The translations under genes were made by a program, and so were the position numbers. A stretch of DNA of 43,972 nt from Craspedostauros australis (taxonomy: Eukaryota), in assembly GCA_030167865.1 (NCBI GenBank), contig JALAGF010005524.1, forward strand, positions 1 to 43,972, in the 5' to 3' direction. The notes beneath the pieces are model-generated. The model was not told the DNA's origin, did not search any database, and saw only the letters and a list, made by a program, of their open reading frames with translations. Below, piece after piece: positions 39,401-43,972 of the stretch. Position 1 is the first letter of the stretch. The number at the start of each line of letters is the position of its first letter.

Positions 39401-40237
39401 AAGAAGGTGGAACAACTTGCGATTGCGGCCAGACGCCACAATATGTTCAAAAAGACAAAGGCAACCTGTGACAAGCAGCAGCATCAGCAGCAGAAGAAGA
39501 GCAAGGGTCGGAAGCAACCCAGAAAGCAATCCAGGAAGACGAAGGAAGTGGAAAAGACGAAGCAGAGGGTTGGACGATCCAGGAAGCTGGCAGTGTCTCC
39601 CAAGAGGACGCTCGAAAAGCCACCAAAGAAAGCCAACAAACCAGTCACCAAAACAAAGCAGAAGACGAAGAAATCCCCAAAGAAGAGCCAAGGCACCCCC
39701 GTGTCATGTGCAGGCGATAATAGCATGAGCGACAGCAATGTCAGCAGCTCAGCAAGATCGGTGGAATCGGACGGGCGCAAAGTGATACATGGCACCACTT
39801 CGAAATCGACTAGCAGACGTATTTCGCGTTCCGGCAAGCGGCCAACCTCCAAGGACCCCAGCCGTCGCAAGCGTTCCGTGTCCGGCGAATCTATGCGACG
39901 ACCCCCATCGTTGCAATCCGTCTCCTCCCGAGATCCGTCCATCACGCTGGATCAAGCATGTCTGCCCAAGAGTGGCGTCGCCAAGAAACGACCCAGCGGC
40001 TCTAAATCGACAACATCCTCCACCTCCGCCACATCGTCCAAATCATCCAACCAGCGACCCACCACACCCCCTCCGCGTGCCGGTACCAAGATCCGGTACT
40101 TCAACGACAATCCCACCCGATCCATGTCGTTGGAGGACCCCGTCACGCGCCAGAGCGAACGCCACGCACGTACTTCCGTCCCATTGCGCCGGGGTACGAT
40201 GTCGGAGCGCAAGCATCGTACCAGCGTCGGCTTTTAG
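36452..40237 (+). CDS. Class I 3',5'-cyclic nucleotide phosphodiesterase with long disordered N- and C-termini
   Basis: YRDNPFHNFEHASHV, ALIHDVDHSGVPN, SVAEQNS, ATDI, IQAADVSH, IGFFDFYIIPL. Continuity of the frame across the N gap at 39166-39313 cannot be verified. Confidence 0.88.
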   Translation: MTETKASTRRLSAWQLRERMKNARKKQQPDIIQEDEEYAVDGSIHSGVSTPKKKKGNALPPAFQVIQSVSAHERLPRKKTSPKVALSSASAHTRSSTATSSKGPAVAQHQQNHNHQHQRATYYSHQQQQRPHRQQHPSSHNQHSLSISSHSSLSSASFRINNANIHASSSVDNNPAYSHTHSNNNNTNINRNGSKQKQKYVLPKDKRISRQRQEESQRRRSNVFDALDKYATASVSVATDDESSMGSFGDDSTHFTIGSEPPVSRHTRNTVNNILQRHLQGRASGGSGSDTGSLENMATSSKAVEESLDLSAEFSTSSLDFMNDASDSDENNQADASGEANAAKHTAANGSKNAASNPLHMQGSITPNGSGHKNGPHANDGPLTQATDEQWARFKLLGRTAFGDIDIQDDIVGYLINRNVCIVERALKGIVALRTDEELLDTTHQDGNKFHSLDLRTGQVLQEVQETVELPTEPYQFQRHPESVVLDLEVSQQLKDYITVISKMYRDNPFHNFEHASHVCNSVNDLLALVELPDPEDTDPNDIRLVTTDPWTQFALVFAALIHDVDHSGVPNAQLIKEKTHVANAYQNKSVAEQNSVELAWNLLLEPCYRDLRNCIFRTSQEVSRFRGLVVTAVMATDIADKELAALRKGRAADVMNAAANGDAASPASSSAKASPASSSPCIDAVSRRATFVLETLIQAADVSHTMQSFSIYKRWNRKLYSEMYSAFKYGRAEKDPTDGWYKGDIGFFDFYIIPLAQKLKLCGVVSCEQYIEGARSNRSEWERIGESLVRDYNXTRNDAIPRASTSGLMTAKIAKPPSQDVRSPKMSSNNIGASKPGLRKQSSKIKRAMPPSATPKMKNTEKISNNKSKTKKKITATSKRNGKITPAAAPQVVLNMSNVIPRNXXXXXXXXXXXXXXXXXXXXXXXXXXXXXXXXXXXXXXXXXXXXXXXXXXSSCGSSSSSSSSSCSVSCSSSSDDNEQEEKKVEQLAIAARRHNMFKKTKATCDKQQHQQQKKSKGRKQPRKQSRKTKEVEKTKQRVGRSRKLAVSPKRTLEKPPKKANKPVTKTKQKTKKSPKKSQGTPVSCAGDNSMSDSNVSSSARSVESDGRKVIHGTTSKSTSRRISRSGKRPTSKDPSRRKRSVSGESMRRPPSLQSVSSRDPSITLDQACLPKSGVAKKRPSGSKSTTSSTSATSSKSSNQRPTTPPPRAGTKIRYFNDNPTRSMSLEDPVTRQSERHARTSVPLRRGTMSERKHRTSVGF
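39166..39313. other. Assembly gap (N run) inside the PDE gene
   Basis: Run of n. Confidence 1.
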
Positions 40238-40353
40238 GTGGCAGAGACTAGAATGGTACATGCTGGTACTGCAGCAGCAGTGGAGGGAAGGTCCCTGAGA
40301 GCTTCGATACAACTCTCTAGTACTAGCCTGAGCGAACCATAGTACTATGTAAT

Positions 40354-40403
40354 NNNNNNNNNNNNNNNNNNNNNNNNNNNNNNNNNNNNNNNNNNNNNNN
40401 NNN
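40354..40403. other. Assembly gap (50 N)
   Basis: Run of n. Confidence 1.
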
Positions 40404-40720
40404 TCCAAATCATCCAACCAGCGACCCACCACACCCCCTCCGCGTGCCGGTACCAAGATCCGGTACTTCAACGACAATCCCACCCGATCCATGTCGTTGG
40501 AGGACCCCGTCACGCGCCAGAGCGAACGCCACGCACGTACTTCCGTCCCATTGCGCCGGGGTACGATGTCGGAGCGCAAGCATCGTACCAGCGTCNGCTT
40601 TTAGGTGGCAGAGACTAGAATGGTACATGCTGGTANTGCAGCAGCAGTGGAGGGAAGGTCCCTGAGAGCTTCGATACAACTCTCTAGTACTAGCCTGAGC
40701 GAACCATAGTACTATGTAAT
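40404..40720 (+). repeat. 317-bp direct duplicate of 40037-40353 across the gap (probable contig-overlap artefact)
   Basis: Identical apart from two n bases, and both copies abut the N gap. Confidence 0.9.
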
Positions 40721-41031
40721 ACTTGGGAACATGAGCACTACGCACATTCTCCAACTTGCTAGGGCTCCGAGTAGTATGAAGGATTCCAGTTTGCGCAACA
40801 CCTACTGGCGTGTCAGAAAGCAACATGGTCGAATTGTGTCATGCCGTTTGACGACAGACAAAGGCGTCCACGAAGAAAGAAGAACAATCAATACGTTCCG
40901 TTCTGTGGTTGGTTGTAGCAAGGTGGACGATTAGTCATGATCAGGATGACATGACCAGCAATACTGCACACAGCATAGACGTAGACAGCAGACTGAATGG
41001 CTTAATATTAACTTTAGACTTGCGTCTTTCC

Positions 41032-43707
41032 TTAGACCACTTTACAGGCGGATTGGAATGGTCCACTGCAATCCGTGGCTACGTCGTCGATGACATACGT
41101 CTCCGCAGCCAAGTCACACAGTTCTCCCTTGGCACAATCTTCACAATCGGAAGCAGCTGCGGAACATTCTCCTGCCCTGACGATGATATCATTGACTGCA
41201 TCATCAGAGGCGCCGAGACCAAAACACGCTTCCGCATCGGCACATGCACCATCTTCAATGACCAAACTTCCTGGAAGTTTGCCATCACTGGATGAAAGAG
41301 CATGCACATCAGCACAAGCGATCTCCCCAACGCATGCGTTCTTTCCGATGAAGATATTCGCCACGACCGGTGCCGTGGTAGTCCCTTGGTTGCTTCTGCG
41401 AGCACAACTGTTGCATACACCCCCCTCTCCAGTGCACCCTCCCTTTTCAACTCGTACATTGCCAAAAATGTTCTGTGCAAGGCCCATGCACGCTCGGAAA
41501 CCGAGACAAGCTTGCGGTCCAATCACCCTGTATCCAACCTCAGCATCAGCATTAGGCTGGGTTGGGCTAAACCAAGCAAGCGCCTCGCAAGGTCGCTCTG
41601 ATCCTCTGCAACTGTCAAGTATGATGGTGTCAGGGTACACGGCGTTGCAACTTCTTTCGGAAGTGCAGGAATTGTCAGTCACCGTCATCACACCAGCTGA
41701 AGGCTGGGTGGTGCAAGCCTTAGAACCAACGCAGCACGAACCATCGCAAGCTGAAGTGATCGCAGATCCTGTCCCAGTGTAGAGCTTCATAGACGCCACT
41801 GCGTCCAACAGTGCCTGCGTCACGCTCGCGTCATCCTTCATGGTGTCAAAGCGTTTCTGCGCCACCTGTTGTGTCACGATGTTGGGTGTTGCTTCATGAC
41901 TGCATCCAAAGATGCTCTTGATCATCTTGCCCTTGTCACCGAGGGCGTTGACCGCAGCGACAAAGTTCGCACATGTGTCTGTTGCATCACCACAAAAGAC
42001 GCCGCCAGTGACCGCATGAAACGTCGATGAGTCATCTCCCGGTGTTGCGAGACATCCGACGGCGAATGCTGGGGCTGAAGTTGGGGCCGATGTAGGGGCT
42101 GAAGTTGGAGCCGATGTAGGGGCCGAAGTGGGAGCTTGTGTTGGAGCTGCTGTCGGACCTGTCGGGGATGACGTGGGAGCTGATGTGACAGGTGTTGGGA
42201 AAGGAGTGGGAGAAAAAGTCGGACAGTCTGTGGGCAATGTGTCCTTGCCAATACAGTACTCCTCCACTCTATCACCAGTGGGATTCATGTTACTGTCGTT
42301 GCCTCCCTTTGGACAGGCCCCATCGATATCGCTGATGAAGTAGAATTCATCAGGGCTGCACTCCGTCTTCGTCATGCATCCTCTGCAGCCTTTGGCATCG
42401 CCGCATCCACCAGGAGGAACGATGATGTCCGTCATCATTCGGTCATTGAAGCCCATCTTCTCGCATGACCCATCGGCGGCGCAACCACCAGCACCAATGG
42501 TCAGGCTGCCTGCACGCTTGCCAGCAGTACCATAGTTGATAGTGGAATGGGCATCCTTGCAGGCATTGCTACCAACGCACGCATTCGCCCCGATGTCGAT
42601 GTGGCTTCGGAAACGATATGATGGTGCCTTCTGCACGACGCGGCGTCCAGCTGCATTGCACGCGTCGGATCCGATACATGCGCCTGTCTGGATGGTGACA
42701 TCACCATGAGAACGACGTCCCACTCCCTCACAAGATTGAGGGGTGGTGCATGCCATCTCACCGACGAAGGTGACTCCTGTGATGAAGGGATTGATCTCAT
42801 TCTCATTCATTAACTCACATGCACTTGCGCCAGTGCAGGAGGAATCGAGGATGAGGGGATTGGGGCCCATGTCCTTGCAGGCGCTGTCGCCGGTGCATGC
42901 AGTGACCGCAACAGTCATGAATGGAGGAGAGTTGGAGGCAGATCCGGTGACTGAGGTGCATCCCGAGGGTCCTTGGCAGCATGGGGTAGCGACGGGAGGC
43001 GACTGGGCCATTCCGATGTCCAGACACGCTTCCTCCATTGCATCCGCTCGCTCAGTGACGAGGATTGCGTTGGTGGCAGCGACCAACGTCAACTGCCCAG
43101 CAAGCACGTCATGCGACGCGTACTGGTTGAAGAGCTTGCGTGCAGCTCCTTCACCGAGGTCTCCTGCACATCCGAAGAAGTTCTGCAGCTGCTGAGATTC
43201 CTTGACGGCGCTGATGGCTTCGCGGCAGGATGGCTTGTTCGCATCGCAGATGATGGTCTTGGGGTTTGTCTCTTCTGTTGTGAGGGCGGTATTGCCATCC
43301 GGCTTGCAAATGACCTCGATGGTGGAATCAAAGCTGGATGGAGGCGCTGTTGGCTTGGATGTTGGCAGGAGAGTTGGTTGAGAGGTCGGCGAAGCAGTTG
43401 GCGGAGTGACAGGCGTCATCGAGGGCATCTCCGAAATCAACCCTGTCGGCGGCCCAGTAGGCAATGCGGTTGGCGCGGTTGTTTCTGCGCCAGCTGGGTT
43501 TTCGATGGGTGGCAGTCGGTTGTTATTGTTGCCCTTGTTGGTCTTCGTATCTGTGCCGGTGTCCTTGAGGATGCGGGTCTTCATCATCATCCTGTGGAGC
43601 TCCTCGGTTGGATCCACGGGAGTCCTGTTGCCGCGGAGAGCAGCGTGGGTCATTGCTGTGTTGGCGAGAGCGATAAAAGCCACGAAGGCTGCCTTGGTGT
43701 AGATCAT
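41032..43707 (-). CDS. Secreted Cys/Gly-rich protein with two homologous ~330-aa modules and PTS mucin-like linkers
   Basis: Signal peptide MIYTKAAFVAFIALANTAMTHA-ALRG, RIL motif, (PTSA)n repeats at ~42065-42190, and many G/S-x-AC-x-G-x-x-AC motifs. Confidence 0.8.
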   Translation of the reverse strand: MIYTKAAFVAFIALANTAMTHAALRGNRTPVDPTEELHRMMMKTRILKDTGTDTKTNKGNNNNRLPPIENPAGAETTAPTALPTGPPTGLISEMPSMTPVTPPTASPTSQPTLLPTSKPTAPPSSFDSTIEVICKPDGNTALTTEETNPKTIICDANKPSCREAISAVKESQQLQNFFGCAGDLGEGAARKLFNQYASHDVLAGQLTLVAATNAILVTERADAMEEACLDIGMAQSPPVATPCCQGPSGCTSVTGSASNSPPFMTVAVTACTGDSACKDMGPNPLILDSSCTGASACELMNENEINPFITGVTFVGEMACTTPQSCEGVGRRSHGDVTIQTGACIGSDACNAAGRRVVQKAPSYRFRSHIDIGANACVGSNACKDAHSTINYGTAGKRAGSLTIGAGGCAADGSCEKMGFNDRMMTDIIVPPGGCGDAKGCRGCMTKTECSPDEFYFISDIDGACPKGGNDSNMNPTGDRVEEYCIGKDTLPTDCPTFSPTPFPTPVTSAPTSSPTGPTAAPTQAPTSAPTSAPTSAPTSAPTSAPAFAVGCLATPGDDSSTFHAVTGGVFCGDATDTCANFVAAVNALGDKGKMIKSIFGCSHEATPNIVTQQVAQKRFDTMKDDASVTQALLDAVASMKLYTGTGSAITSACDGSCCVGSKACTTQPSAGVMTVTDNSCTSERSCNAVYPDTIILDSCRGSERPCEALAWFSPTQPNADAEVGYRVIGPQACLGFRACMGLAQNIFGNVRVEKGGCTGEGGVCNSCARRSNQGTTTAPVVANIFIGKNACVGEIACADVHALSSSDGKLPGSLVIEDGACADAEACFGLGASDDAVNDIIVRAGECSAAASDCEDCAKGELCDLAAETYVIDDVATDCSGPFQSACKVV

Positions 43708-43972
43708 GGTTGCCTTTGTCTTCGTCGCCGTCGTGAGACTGTTTGGTTCTGCAAGGCGGGCGCATTTGTAGATGTGCATGTATGCGTACGTGCCNCAAGA
43801 ATGGGTTGGTACGGATCACGTATGGGTTGAGATTGGCAATGCGAGCACCATGCGTAAGTTCGGCGGCGAGTTTCGTCCCACGAAGAAAGGCAACGATTGT
43901 GAGTGTTGCAGTGATGTGTTCGTTTGTGTGCGCAGAATTGTTGGTGTGTGGAACGACGCGAGACGTGGTGAC

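Noticed and set aside
40037..40720. Tandem duplication of the PDE 3' end
   Set aside because: The copies are essentially identical and flank an N gap, so this is most likely an unmerged contig overlap.

Overview
Eukaryotic nuclear DNA, almost certainly from a diatom or related ochrophyte. The evidence is GT-AG introns, several bipartite plastid presequences (ASAW/ATAFAP/ATAF/VSAF) and RXL propeptides. In order, the window holds: a CpG-poor, TE-like stretch; a 5-exon secreted gametolysin/M11-type metzincin with a duplicated 167-aa domain and a silaffin-like KxxK tail; a block of CpG-decayed pseudogenes (a small membrane protein, and a GT32 glycosyltransferase carrying a TA-flanked mini-MITE); a plastid RRM protein; a very acidic prothymosin/CHZ-like nuclear protein; a FAM173-type lysine methyltransferase; a hypothetical protein; three adjacent plastid enzymes (ilvC, fabZ, and PDH E2 with three lipoyl domains); a PPR-like protein; two convergent CAMK/CDPK-type kinases; a plastid membrane protein; a class I cyclic-nucleotide phosphodiesterase; and a secreted Cys-rich duplicated-domain protein. 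The strongest new leads are a textbook box C/D snoRNA (plus further hairpins) inside the 1-kb ilvC intron, and the protease with a poly-KxxK tail. Exon structures were worked out by hand and family calls come from remembered motifs, not database searches.
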